Source: a virus (Duplodnaviria > Caudoviricetes). Taken from it: 30,220 nt of DNA. Location of the stretch: IMG/VR virus record IMGVR_UViG_3300025890_000087, positions 1-30,220 of that record. One strand, written 5' to 3'. Below are positions 1-8,461 of this stretch, piece after piece. The first letter of the stretch is position 1; each line of letters starts with the position of its first letter. A program made the position numbers and the translations under genes. The notes beneath the pieces were generated by a model. The model saw only the letters and a list, made by a program, of their open reading frames with translations. It made no database searches and was not told the origin of the DNA.

Positions 1-383
1 AGAAGGGTACAGACGTTGTTGGATATGACTTTGTTATTAATGTTGAAAAGTCAAGAATGGTTAAAGAAAAGTCTAAAATCCCTGTTACAGTATCTTGGGA
101 AGGCGGCATTGAAAAGTACTCTGGTCTACTCGAAGTTGCTTTAGCTGGTGGATATGTAGTTAAGCCAAGTAATGGATGGTACTGTCGTGTAGTAAAAGCT
201 ACAGGCGAAATTGTAGAACCTAAAGTTCGTGAAGCCCAGACCTTGGAGTCTGCATTCTGGGATCCAATCTTTAAAGAGTCGGACTTCAAAGAGTTTGTTA
301 AGCAGCACTACACAATTGGTCACCGCTCAATGATTTCCGAAGATGAATTTGATAGTTTACTTGAAGGAGAAAATGGTGTATAA
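1..383 (+). CDS. uvsX: UvsX/RecA-like recombinase, C-terminal part (5' truncated by window edge)
   Basis: Frame is open from position 3: KGTDVVGYDFVINVEKSRMVKEKSKIPVTVSWEGGIEKYSGLL..A..GGYVVKPSNGWY, typical of the T4 UvsX C-terminus. It lies upstream of the gp41 helicase, as in T4. Confidence 0.92.
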   Translation, partial: KGTDVVGYDFVINVEKSRMVKEKSKIPVTVSWEGGIEKYSGLLEVALAGGYVVKPSNGWYCRVVKATGEIVEPKVREAQTLESAFWDPIFKESDFKEFVKQHYTIGHRSMISEDEFDSLLEGENGV

Positions 384-723
384 TAGTATATCGAAACATG
401 ATTATCGGCAAATATCTTATATAGAAGATAGTGATCATGATTCATTTAAGATACTAACAGGTAGGTATTCTGGCACTGTAGTAACATATGGTAAGATAGC
501 ATTAACGGAACCAACAGATGGTGAAGATCATGCCGTATTATCTTTTGAGTATACCGTTAATGAATCTAATCTAGATTCAGACGAAACAGAATCGCAAGAG
601 TTCAGGACATACCTAGGTGACATGCTTCAAGTAGTTATACAGGAAGCTATAGAAGAAAAGAACTTTGCAATCGGAGAAAAGCCAAGTGATACAAACAGTC
701 ATTTTAAGAAATCTTATAACTAA
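373..723 (+). CDS. hypothetical protein in the T4 gene 40 position (between uvsX and gene 41)
   Basis: ATG at 373 follows GGAG at 366-369. Acidic protein; any link to gp40 rests on synteny only. Confidence 0.6.
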   Translation: MVYNSISKHDYRQISYIEDSDHDSFKILTGRYSGTVVTYGKIALTEPTDGEDHAVLSFEYTVNESNLDSDETESQEFRTYLGDMLQVVIQEAIEEKNFAIGEKPSDTNSHFKKSYN

Positions 724-2050
724 TGACGACTTTACCCGTAAGGTTATCCCCTTCTTACGTAAGGATTATTTCGAAGGATCTCATCGTATAGTATTCGATA
801 AGATCTTGGAGTTTGTTGGTAAGTATAATAAGCTGCCTACACCAGAATCCCTTAATGTTGAGCTAGATGAATCATTCCTCAACGACCAGCAGTTTTCAGA
901 TGCTGCTGGCGTTGTCCAAGAAATATCTACTCCTGCAGAAAATCCAGATTCAGAATGGCTACTCGAGCATACTGAGAAGTGGTGTCAAGATCGGGCAATC
1001 CATCTTGCTATCATGAAGTCCATCTCTATTATTGATGGCAAAGATCCAGAAATGACTAAGAATGCACTACCAGAATTACTATCAGAAGCATTATCTGTTG
1101 GCTTTGATACTAATGTCGGTCATGATTATCTGGCAAATGGCGAACAAAGATATGAATTCTATCATCAGGTAGAAGATAAAATCCCATTTGACCTAGATCG
1201 ATTCAATGAGATTACTAAGGGTGGTTTACCTAAGAAAACCCTGAACATTGCATTGGCTGGTACTGGTGTAGGTAAGTCCCTGTTCATGTGTCACGTTGCT
1301 GGCTCAGTTCTGGCACAGGGTAAAAATGCACTATATATTACTATGGAAATGGCAGAAGAAAAGATTGCAGAACGTATCGATGCTAACCTAATGAATGTGG
1401 CAATCGATCAGTTAGGTAACCTAAGCAAAGAAATGTTTACCTCTAAGGTTAAAAACATCTCTGACAAGTATCAGGGCCAGCTGCTGATCAAAGAATACCC
1501 AACTGGTAATGCTCACGTTGGACACTTTAGAGCTTTGCTTAAAGAGCTTAAGCTTAAGAAAAACTTTATTCCTGATATGATCTTTATTGACTATCTAAAC
1601 ATCTGCGCATCTTCTCGAATGAAGGGTATGGGTGGTGCTATTAACTCTTACTCCTATATCAAAGCTATTGCAGAAGAGATTCGTGGTTTGGCTGTAGAGT
1701 TTAACGTACCTATTATGTCAGCTACACAAACTACTCGTTCAGGATTTGGTAACTCAGATGTAGGTCTTGAAGATACCTCCGAATCATTCGGTCTACCAGC
1801 AACTGCTGACCTGATGTTTGCTTTAATATCTAACGAAGAGCTGGACGGATTAGGCCAGATACTGGTCAAGCAATTAAAGAATAGATATAATGATCCGGGC
1901 ATCAATAAGCGTTTTGTAGTTGGTGTAGATAGATCTAAGATGAAGTTATTTGATGTTGAGCAATCTGCTCAAATGGGTTTGGCTGATGCAGGTACTACAA
2001 CTAACACCAATTATGGTACTACTGCAAAATATGAGGGGTTTAAGGTATGA
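665..2050 (+). CDS. 41: DnaB-like replicative helicase (T4 gp41); probable start GTG at 686
   Basis: Walker A LAGTGVGKS, YITMEMAEE, IFIDYL, SATQTTR, SESFGLPATAD and KQLKNRY motifs. Confidence 0.97.
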   Translation: MQSEKSQVIQTVILRNLITNDDFTRKVIPFLRKDYFEGSHRIVFDKILEFVGKYNKLPTPESLNVELDESFLNDQQFSDAAGVVQEISTPAENPDSEWLLEHTEKWCQDRAIHLAIMKSISIIDGKDPEMTKNALPELLSEALSVGFDTNVGHDYLANGEQRYEFYHQVEDKIPFDLDRFNEITKGGLPKKTLNIALAGTGVGKSLFMCHVAGSVLAQGKNALYITMEMAEEKIAERIDANLMNVAIDQLGNLSKEMFTSKVKNISDKYQGQLLIKEYPTGNAHVGHFRALLKELKLKKNFIPDMIFIDYLNICASSRMKGMGGAINSYSYIKAIAEEIRGLAVEFNVPIMSATQTTRSGFGNSDVGLEDTSESFGLPATADLMFALISNEELDGLGQILVKQLKNRYNDPGINKRFVVGVDRSKMKLFDVEQSAQMGLADAGTTTNTNYGTTAKYEGFKV

Positions 2051-2736
2051 ACGTAAAGTTAGTCAGTTACTCTAAAGCTACAGGAGAATACGATTTTAAT
2101 GATGGGACTGAGCTACAGGATATAATTGCTTATTGCGCGAGGGTATCGAATCCTGCGGGGCAAAGCAATACTGCTACAAACGAAAAGCTACTTCGCTATC
2201 TTGCTAAACATAAACATTGGTCCCCATTTGAAATGGTTAGTGTATGTCTTGAAATAGAAACAACCCGAGATATAGCCCGACAGATCCTACGCCATAGGTC
2301 TTTCTCCTTTCAAGAGTTTAGCCAAAGATATGCTGATCCTACAGAGGATCTACAATTTGAGCTTCGCGAAGCTAGACTTCAGGATACGCAGAATCGTCAG
2401 AATTCTATAGACATAGATGAGCTATCTGGGCCGGAAGGACAACAACTACAAAAAGACTGGCAGGCAATTCAGTATCAAGTTATACACGAAGCTAAGATGG
2501 CTTATCGATGGGCAATAGAGAATGGTATTGCTAAGGAGCAAGCTCGAGCGGTACTACCTGAGGGTAACACTGTATCCCGACTTTATATGAACGGAACTCT
2601 TCGATCGTGGCTACACTATATCGACCTACGTGCTTCAAATGGAACACAGAAGGAACATATCGAGATAGCTAAGGCTTGTGGAGAAAAGATAGCTAAAGTA
2701 TTCCCTGCTATCGTAGAAATGGTGAATCAAAAATGA
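2047..2736 (+). CDS. thyX: FAD-dependent thymidylate synthase ThyX
   Basis: HWSPFE, RHRSFSFQEFSQRY (ThyX signature) and AR.VLP motifs. Confidence 0.96.
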   Translation: MNVKLVSYSKATGEYDFNDGTELQDIIAYCARVSNPAGQSNTATNEKLLRYLAKHKHWSPFEMVSVCLEIETTRDIARQILRHRSFSFQEFSQRYADPTEDLQFELREARLQDTQNRQNSIDIDELSGPEGQQLQKDWQAIQYQVIHEAKMAYRWAIENGIAKEQARAVLPEGNTVSRLYMNGTLRSWLHYIDLRASNGTQKEHIEIAKACGEKIAKVFPAIVEMVNQK

Positions 2737-2936
2737 AATTAATATCTACATATTGGCGCGACTCAGATAACGCTACTGCAAAAGTCCATGGTAATGATGA
2801 AGATGGTTATACTATACATTATTATGATTCTTCTGGGATGTTTATGGATAAAGAATCCTTTCCGGAAAAAAGCCTTAGATTCCACGAGGATGCAGCAGAG
2901 AATTGGGCACTTGGAATAAAGCCACTACCATTATAG
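2733..2936 (+). CDS. hypothetical protein
   Basis: ATGA overlap with thyX; ends in EDAAENWALG, a pattern common in small marine T4-like proteins. Confidence 0.7.
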   Translation: MKLISTYWRDSDNATAKVHGNDEDGYTIHYYDSSGMFMDKESFPEKSLRFHEDAAENWALGIKPLPL

Positions 2937-2944
2937 GTGATAAT

Positions 2945-3409
2945 ATGCTACGCGAAATGACTTGGCCAGATGGAATACCCTCACATTATGAAGCATACCT
3001 TAAGCTTAAAGATGATCCAGTTAGGCCGCATATACCTAAACTTGTAAGGTATACAGAAAATAGAAATACTTTTTTTCTTACAGACGAAGAGGATAAGAAG
3101 GTAACCGCTATTGTTTGCCTGTCTAGAAATAATACTATTGCTAAGGAAGAATCTGACCTTTCTTTATATTCCGCTAAAGAAGCTGAGAATACTATAGTTC
3201 ATCTTTATACAATATGGAGTTATGGTAAAGGTGCTGGTAGGGATCTCGCCTTGCAAATAGTCGAAGCTATACCAAAGCGCTGGCCTCAAGTTAAAAGAAT
3301 ATTAACTCTAAGCCCACATACAGATATGGCAAGGAAGTTCCACTTATCTAACGGAGCTTCAGAACTACAGATAAATGAGAATACAATAAACTTTGAGTAT
3401 GAGGTATAG
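2945..3409 (+). CDS. putative GNAT-like acetyltransferase-fold protein
   Basis: DDPVRPHI, YTIWSYGKGAGRDL (acetyl-CoA-binding-like loop) and TLSP.T.MARKFHLSNGA. ATG at 2945 follows AGGT. Confidence 0.55.
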   Translation: MLREMTWPDGIPSHYEAYLKLKDDPVRPHIPKLVRYTENRNTFFLTDEEDKKVTAIVCLSRNNTIAKEESDLSLYSAKEAENTIVHLYTIWSYGKGAGRDLALQIVEAIPKRWPQVKRILTLSPHTDMARKFHLSNGASELQINENTINFEYEV

Positions 3410-3412
3410 TAT

Positions 3413-3640
3413 ATGTTTTTAGAATGGTGGATGATCGGAATGCTTTTGGTTTGGTGGATGTTATCAGTATTTGGTATAGCTCGTATCGAAAGACAGAAAT
3501 CTTTTGCTACGGGTTTGGGCATGGGAGTTAAGTATACCCTTCAATGGGTTCGGGATGAGAACATAACATATAAAGCTATTTGTGAAAACCTTATTGATGA
3601 TCTAAACAGCGGTAAAGTAGAAATAGAGGACTTTGAATAA
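3413..3640 (+). CDS. small membrane protein
   Basis: GAGG SD; hydrophobic Trp-rich N-terminal helix. Confidence 0.7.
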   Translation: MFLEWWMIGMLLVWWMLSVFGIARIERQKSFATGLGMGVKYTLQWVRDENITYKAICENLIDDLNSGKVEIEDFE

Positions 3641-4122
3641 TGTATGAATATAGAGCAAAAGTAATAAAGGTAATTGATGGAGACACAGCAGACGTAGATA
3701 TTGATCTAGGTTTTGACATAGTACTGAAAAACCAACGAATTCGTTTTATGGGTGTTGATACACCAGAATCCAGGACTTCCGATAAAGAAGAAAAGGTATA
3801 TGGCCTATTAGCGAAGGACTTCGTTCAATCCCATCTTGTAAAGGGTGATTATGTTACTCTGCAGACATTTAAGGACGATCGGGGTAAATTCGGTAGGGTT
3901 CTAGGCGATTTTAAAGTATACGACACCAATAATGATCGATGGACTACTCTTTGTAGGCTGCTAATTGAAAATAACTTAGGTGTAGCATATCACGGTCAAA
4001 GCAAAGACGATATTAAAGAAGAGCACCTTAGAAACAGACAGATTCTTTCTGAAAAAGTAAATCTTAGGGTTAAAATTGAAAAAGTAAATCTTAAGGTTAA
4101 AAGTCCCTGGCTAACTGAGTAA
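3640..4122 (+). CDS. thermonuclease (SNase-like) family protein
   Basis: VIDGDT, RIRFMGVDTPESR and GKFGRVLG motifs. Confidence 0.88.
   Translation: MYEYRAKVIKVIDGDTADVDIDLGFDIVLKNQRIRFMGVDTPESRTSDKEEKVYGLLAKDFVQSHLVKGDYVTLQTFKDDRGKFGRVLGDFKVYDTNNDRWTTLCRLLIENNLGVAYHGQSKDDIKEEHLRNRQILSEKVNLRVKIEKVNLKVKSPWLTE
4051..4104 (+). repeat. 27-bp tandem duplication in the nuclease 3' end
   Basis: gaaaaagtaaatcttagggttaaaatt / gaaaaagtaaatcttaaggttaaaagt (EKVNLRVKI / EKVNLKVKS). Confidence 0.9.
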
Positions 4123-4158
4123 AGTTACGATCTGTGACGATCTTTTTTCTTTAATAAA

Positions 4159-4197
4159 AACAATGGCTTATGAGATTCGTTTTCATAAGCCATTGTT
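4159..4197. repeat. long inverted repeat / stem-loop
   Basis: aacaatggcttatga ... tcataagccattgtt, a 15-bp perfect stem. Confidence 0.85.
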
Positions 4198-4229
4198 CTA
4201 TATAGGGTTTTTATTTTCGGGGGAGGGGG

Positions 4230-4258
4230 TTCTCAAAGGCCTGAAATGTTGGTATAAT
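4230..4258 (+). promoter_or_regulatory. sigma70-type (early) promoter
   Basis: TTCTCA-17bp-TATAAT with TGG before the -10. The downstream ACTCACATAAATTA is shared with the cassettes at 22.1 and 22.2 kb. Confidence 0.7.
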
Positions 4259-4290
4259 ACTCACATAAATTAGGAAAAGGAGCAAACCCC

Positions 4291-4548
4291 ATGAACTATA
4301 CTTGGAATCGTGACGATTTAGTTAGCTACATATCAGACAGATTTAAGGAGCTTAATGGCATTCGCCCTCGCTTCAACTGGGACGAGTGGAGCACGGCAGA
4401 ACTTGAGGCAGAGTGTGATAGACTCAGTGCTCAGATTGAGTACGAGATCCATAGGGATCGTCTTGAGATGGAGGCGGCTCTCGGCGCAATGCTGGAGTAT
4501 GCTCCAGATTTAGAAACAGCCCAACGATGGGCAAAGGAGTATGTGTAA
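4291..4548 (+). CDS. hypothetical early protein
   Basis: AAGGAG SD; YISD.FKE.NGIRPR is a recurring phage motif. Confidence 0.8.
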   Translation: MNYTWNRDDLVSYISDRFKELNGIRPRFNWDEWSTAELEAECDRLSAQIEYEIHRDRLEMEAALGAMLEYAPDLETAQRWAKEYV

Positions 4549-4748
4549 TGAATTATTCTAAGTATCCTTGTCAGGTCGAGATGGTTAAATATCACCTAGG
4601 TAAAGGAGGCCTGAGTAAAGAGAACGCTGGCTTTATGACATGGAACGATGCCTGCGAATGGGCAGGGTCAGTTACACTGAGCCATAAGGTGCCTTACGTT
4701 GTACTGGAGCTTCGAAACTTAATGACTAACGAATTGGAGAAATTTTAA
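4548..4748 (+). CDS. hypothetical protein
   Basis: TAATG coupling with the previous ORF and an AAGGAG SD. Confidence 0.7.
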   Translation: MNYSKYPCQVEMVKYHLGKGGLSKENAGFMTWNDACEWAGSVTLSHKVPYVVLELRNLMTNELEKF

Positions 4749-4749
4749 C

Positions 4750-4857
4750 ATGACTGAAGAAGAACATGATCAAGCAAAAGCTATAATGGGATTAGTGTTA
4801 CTCGGTGGTATTATCCTGGGTGCATTTATTCATTATCTTGTAGGAATGTTTATATGA
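4750..4857 (+). CDS. small membrane protein (35 aa, not in ORF track)
   Basis: MTEEEHDQAKAIMGLVLLGGIILGAFIHYLVGMFI; GGAG SD; ATGA overlap with the next gene. Confidence 0.65.
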   Translation: MTEEEHDQAKAIMGLVLLGGIILGAFIHYLVGMFI

Positions 4858-5339
4858 TTATCGTAAACTATGAAGGTAGGACAAATAGTACTGAACGAAA
4901 GCTTATGGACGAACTATCTGTTCTAGTTTCAGAAAGGTACTTTCCCCGACACAAGGTTCAAGTTACTTTTAAGATGATGCAGTCTCTTGAAAAAAATGAA
5001 AACATCCAGGGTGACACTATATGGGAAGACAACGATAAGGAAGAAAATGAATTCTTTCCTTCATCAAGATGCGGAAGACCACGATGTTTTACTATCCGTA
5101 TGCAGAAAGGATACGATCTTGAGACCCTTATTACCCTTATAGCACACGAGCTTGTTCATGTTAAGCAGTACGTCTTAGGAGAACTTCGTAACATCTACAA
5201 CCCGCATAAGATCGAATATAGGACCATCTATAAGAATAAGGATGTTACCAACTGGGCTTATATGAGATGCCCCTACGAAAAAGAAGCTTATCGATTACAG
5301 GAAAAGCTTAGGGTTGAGTACCTAAAAACACATAAATAG
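4854..5339 (+). CDS. HExxH zinc metallopeptidase-like protein
   Basis: TLIAHELVHVKQY followed by PYEKEAY. Confidence 0.7.
   Translation: MIIVNYEGRTNSTERKLMDELSVLVSERYFPRHKVQVTFKMMQSLEKNENIQGDTIWEDNDKEENEFFPSSRCGRPRCFTIRMQKGYDLETLITLIAHELVHVKQYVLGELRNIYNPHKIEYRTIYKNKDVTNWAYMRCPYEKEAYRLQEKLRVEYLKTHK
5331..5338 (+). promoter_or_regulatory. T4-type late promoter (gp55 -10 box variant)
   Basis: CATAAATA versus T4 consensus TATAAATA, 28 nt upstream of ORF 5367. Confidence 0.7.
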
Positions 5340-5366
5340 TACTATCGATAAGAGATTGAGACCACT

Positions 5367-6749
5367 ATGAAAAAATTTAACACGTTTCTTTCTGAACAGC
5401 CTGAGGTTATAAGCGAAGCACCAGTTGCTTTAAGACCGGCAGAACTTAAGAAGCCTAATGGTAAGACAGGGGAATCTAGGATCGAGATTCTTCGCAAAGC
5501 TACCATTGCTGGTACGCCTCTCGTTACAACTGACTTAAAAACAGTTGAGATTGCAAATACCCACGACAATCTAGAACGTATAGCAAAGTTTGCTGACGAT
5601 CAAAAGCCTATTACCCTTATTACTAAAACCGGAGAAGAGATTACTTCTTCTCAGCTAGCTAAGACAGCATTATTTGGTGGTGGAGGCGGAGCAGGTGGTG
5701 GCACAGATAATACCGCAGTCACAGAAGCAGCCCAATGTCTCTGGCTAGCAGCAATGCTTAAGCACGGCATACAAGATATTGAATACTATACCCCTGATGT
5801 GCTAAAAGGTGTAATGAGTCGTGTAGACGTCGGTAAAACAACGTTTAAAGAAATGATGGATATAGACTCATCTTGGCAATACTCATCATACGAGTCCGCT
5901 AAAAAGATAATTAAAGCAGGTTACGTTAACCCTAAACATAGATTCCATCGCGGATCGCCAGGGATGATAGCGATATATGCTACAAAGACAAGAGCATTTA
6001 AGAACTCAGAGCTTAAGGTATTATCAGACGATAAATGGAACCCCGGTGATATTTGGGCAGTTGAGTCTCCAACCTATATAAAAGATAGTCTCGATGATAG
6101 CTCTGTAGCAGCACTAAACAATTCAATACTTAGTTTATTTCTTGATCGTAAGCTCGTTGGCATATCTCTTAAGAAGGTTACAAAAGAAGCTAAGATTAAA
6201 GAATATAATATCTCATCATCATTAACACCACACAAACTAGTATCAGTCGCAGTAAAGTCTCGTACACGCGGAGACTTCTTTTCTAATAAATCTGGCACAA
6301 TTACCTATGATGATGGCATAATGGACATTAGACCGAACAGCTATCTAGGCACAAATAAGATAGAGATTAAAGGTAAGACAGCACGAGGCGGAGGAGCAGG
6401 ATGGGGTGTTGTTGTAGAAGCAGCTCGTCGTTATATGGGTGCAAATATACCACTCCATCCAGTAATTAAAAAAGCTGCAACAAAAATAGCAAAGGGAGAT
6501 AAAAGAGAAACACAAAGGTTCTTTATTAAAGCAAAGGTCTGTGACGAATCTCTTACCTATGATTACTTCCTTGAGCAAATAGAACAAAAAGATGCCGGTT
6601 GGGTATCTGCTAAGCTTGGAGCGATAGAGGTTTGCTATGCTCTTATTAAAAATAAAGGAACAAAAGCGGATAACTTTGTTAACTCTATTGTTAACTATGC
6701 AGCATCTAAATCAGAAGATTCATCAGCATTTATAAAGGTATACCAATAA
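5367..6749 (+). CDS. putative PD-(D/E)xK-fold nuclease with capsid-targeting-like N-terminus
   Basis: TAVTEAAQC, DKWNPGDIW and VGISLKK motifs; N-terminus MKKFNTFLSEQPEVISE|A. Confidence 0.6.
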   Translation: MKKFNTFLSEQPEVISEAPVALRPAELKKPNGKTGESRIEILRKATIAGTPLVTTDLKTVEIANTHDNLERIAKFADDQKPITLITKTGEEITSSQLAKTALFGGGGGAGGGTDNTAVTEAAQCLWLAAMLKHGIQDIEYYTPDVLKGVMSRVDVGKTTFKEMMDIDSSWQYSSYESAKKIIKAGYVNPKHRFHRGSPGMIAIYATKTRAFKNSELKVLSDDKWNPGDIWAVESPTYIKDSLDDSSVAALNNSILSLFLDRKLVGISLKKVTKEAKIKEYNISSSLTPHKLVSVAVKSRTRGDFFSNKSGTITYDDGIMDIRPNSYLGTNKIEIKGKTARGGGAGWGVVVEAARRYMGANIPLHPVIKKAATKIAKGDKRETQRFFIKAKVCDESLTYDYFLEQIEQKDAGWVSAKLGAIEVCYALIKNKGTKADNFVNSIVNYAASKSEDSSAFIKVYQ

Positions 6750-7987
6750 TGATATCATTCGGGACTTATATAACCGAACAAAAGAATACCCACATGACTC
6801 ACCTGGAAGATCAGGTTATATACGGTGGAGTAAAAGGAGCTCGTGATGCTATTCTAGCTCTTCGCTCTCTTCGTGATATGCTTGCTGGCAGTTCTACAAA
6901 GGCCGTAGACGTTACAGTTAAGTGGGATGGCGCACCAGCAGTCTTCGCAGGAATTGATCCAAGTGACGGGCAATTCTTTGTTGCTAAGAAAGGTATCTTT
7001 AATAAAAATCCTATGGTTTATAAGAACCATGCTGAGATTGAAGCAGATACTTCTGGCGATCTACAAGCTAAGCTTAAGATTGCATTTACTGAAATGAGTA
7101 AGCTTGGTATAACAGACGTGGTCCAGGGTGATGTTATGTTCTCTGGCTCAGATGTAAAAACTGAAACAATTGATGGTAAGAAGTACGTTACATTCCACCC
7201 GAACACTATTGCCTATGCGGTCGATGCTAACTCAGAAGAAGCTAAAAGAATTAAAAAAGCTAAGATTGGCATAGTATTTCATACGTCTTACTCTGGCGGT
7301 ACATTTGAAACCATGACTGCTAATTATGGTGTGGACGTATCTAAGTTTAACAAGGTGGATACTATCTGGGCACAAGATGCTGAACTACGGGATCTATCTG
7401 GTAATGCTACTCTTACTAAAGAGGATACTGCTGAGGTTACGACTGCTTTGTCCCAGGCTGGTAAGATCTTTCAAAAGATTGCTGGATCTACACTAAAAGA
7501 GATAGAAGCTAATCAGGAATTAGCTCGTATGATTGAAACTTATAACAATAGTTTCCTTCGCAACAAAACAGAGGTTACGAATACGGCTAAGCATGTTACT
7601 GGTCTTATCCAGTATGTAGAGACTAAGTTTCAAAAAGAAGCAGATAAGCGCTCCACTGACAAAGGTAAGTCAGCACAATATGCTAAGCGTGACGAGCTTC
7701 TTAAGTTCTTTAACCCCAAGAATAAGGCTAATCTTAAATTAGTCTTTGATTTACAGAAAGCTATTGCTTCTGCAAAGCTAATTATTATAAATAAGCTTAA
7801 CAAGTTAAATAGTATAAATACATTTGTTAAAACGAAAAATGGGTTTAAAGTAACCGGCCACGAAGGCTTTGTTGCTATAGACCGCATTGGAGGCGGAGCA
7901 GTTAAGCTAGTAGATAGATTAGAATTCTCTACTAATAACTTCGACCCTAATATTATAAAAGGCTGGGACTCACCGTCTCGGGGCTAA
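6749..7987 (+). CDS. RNA-ligase-like nucleotidyltransferase (DUF6267-like)
   Basis: KWDGAP (motif I KxDG), QGDVMF, EGFVA (IV) and KLVDR (V); N-terminus MISFGTYITE. Confidence 0.65.
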   Translation: MISFGTYITEQKNTHMTHLEDQVIYGGVKGARDAILALRSLRDMLAGSSTKAVDVTVKWDGAPAVFAGIDPSDGQFFVAKKGIFNKNPMVYKNHAEIEADTSGDLQAKLKIAFTEMSKLGITDVVQGDVMFSGSDVKTETIDGKKYVTFHPNTIAYAVDANSEEAKRIKKAKIGIVFHTSYSGGTFETMTANYGVDVSKFNKVDTIWAQDAELRDLSGNATLTKEDTAEVTTALSQAGKIFQKIAGSTLKEIEANQELARMIETYNNSFLRNKTEVTNTAKHVTGLIQYVETKFQKEADKRSTDKGKSAQYAKRDELLKFFNPKNKANLKLVFDLQKAIASAKLIIINKLNKLNSINTFVKTKNGFKVTGHEGFVAIDRIGGGAVKLVDRLEFSTNNFDPNIIKGWDSPSRG

Positions 7988-7999
7988 TGGGAAATAAAT

Positions 8000-8461
8000 A
8001 TGTACTCTTTTAAAGACTACTTAGCTGTAGATTATACTCAGACTGGCGACGAGCTTTTAGCGCTCAAAGCTAAAAGACGCAAGATCGATGACGCAGCTGG
8101 CCCTATTGGCGAGGATGACTTCGACGAAGCGCTAACAAATATGCAACGCCAAAAGGCTAAGCAAACCTTCCGTAAGAATAAAGCTAAGATTGCTCTAGGT
8201 AAAAAGAAAGCTGCTAAAAAGATCGCTTCTCCAGAACAACTCCAAAAACGAGCAGACAAAGCAGCTCGTAATATCCTCATTAAGAAAATTACCAAAGACA
8301 AAGATAAGAGCGATCTATCCTTTGCTCAAAGAACCTCTATTGAAAAGCAGCTAGATAAGAAAAAAGCTGCTATTAAGAAAATAGCTAAAAAACTCCTACC
8401 TAAACTTCGAATTGCAGACCGAGAAAAGAAAGCTGCAGCAAAAGCTGGCGGAGCAAATTAA
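8000..8461 (+). CDS. highly basic Lys/Ala-rich protein, putative internal head protein
   Basis: MYSFKDYL leader and DFDE|A site, followed by a very Lys-rich region. Confidence 0.7.
   Translation: MYSFKDYLAVDYTQTGDELLALKAKRRKIDDAAGPIGEDDFDEALTNMQRQKAKQTFRKNKAKIALGKKKAAKKIASPEQLQKRADKAARNILIKKITKDKDKSDLSFAQRTSIEKQLDKKKAAIKKIAKKLLPKLRIADREKKAAAKAGGAN

Noticed and set aside
7993-8000. AATAAATA as a late promoter
   Set aside because: It overlaps the start codon region of ORF 8000, leaving no room for a leader; it is probably just an A-rich translation initiation region.
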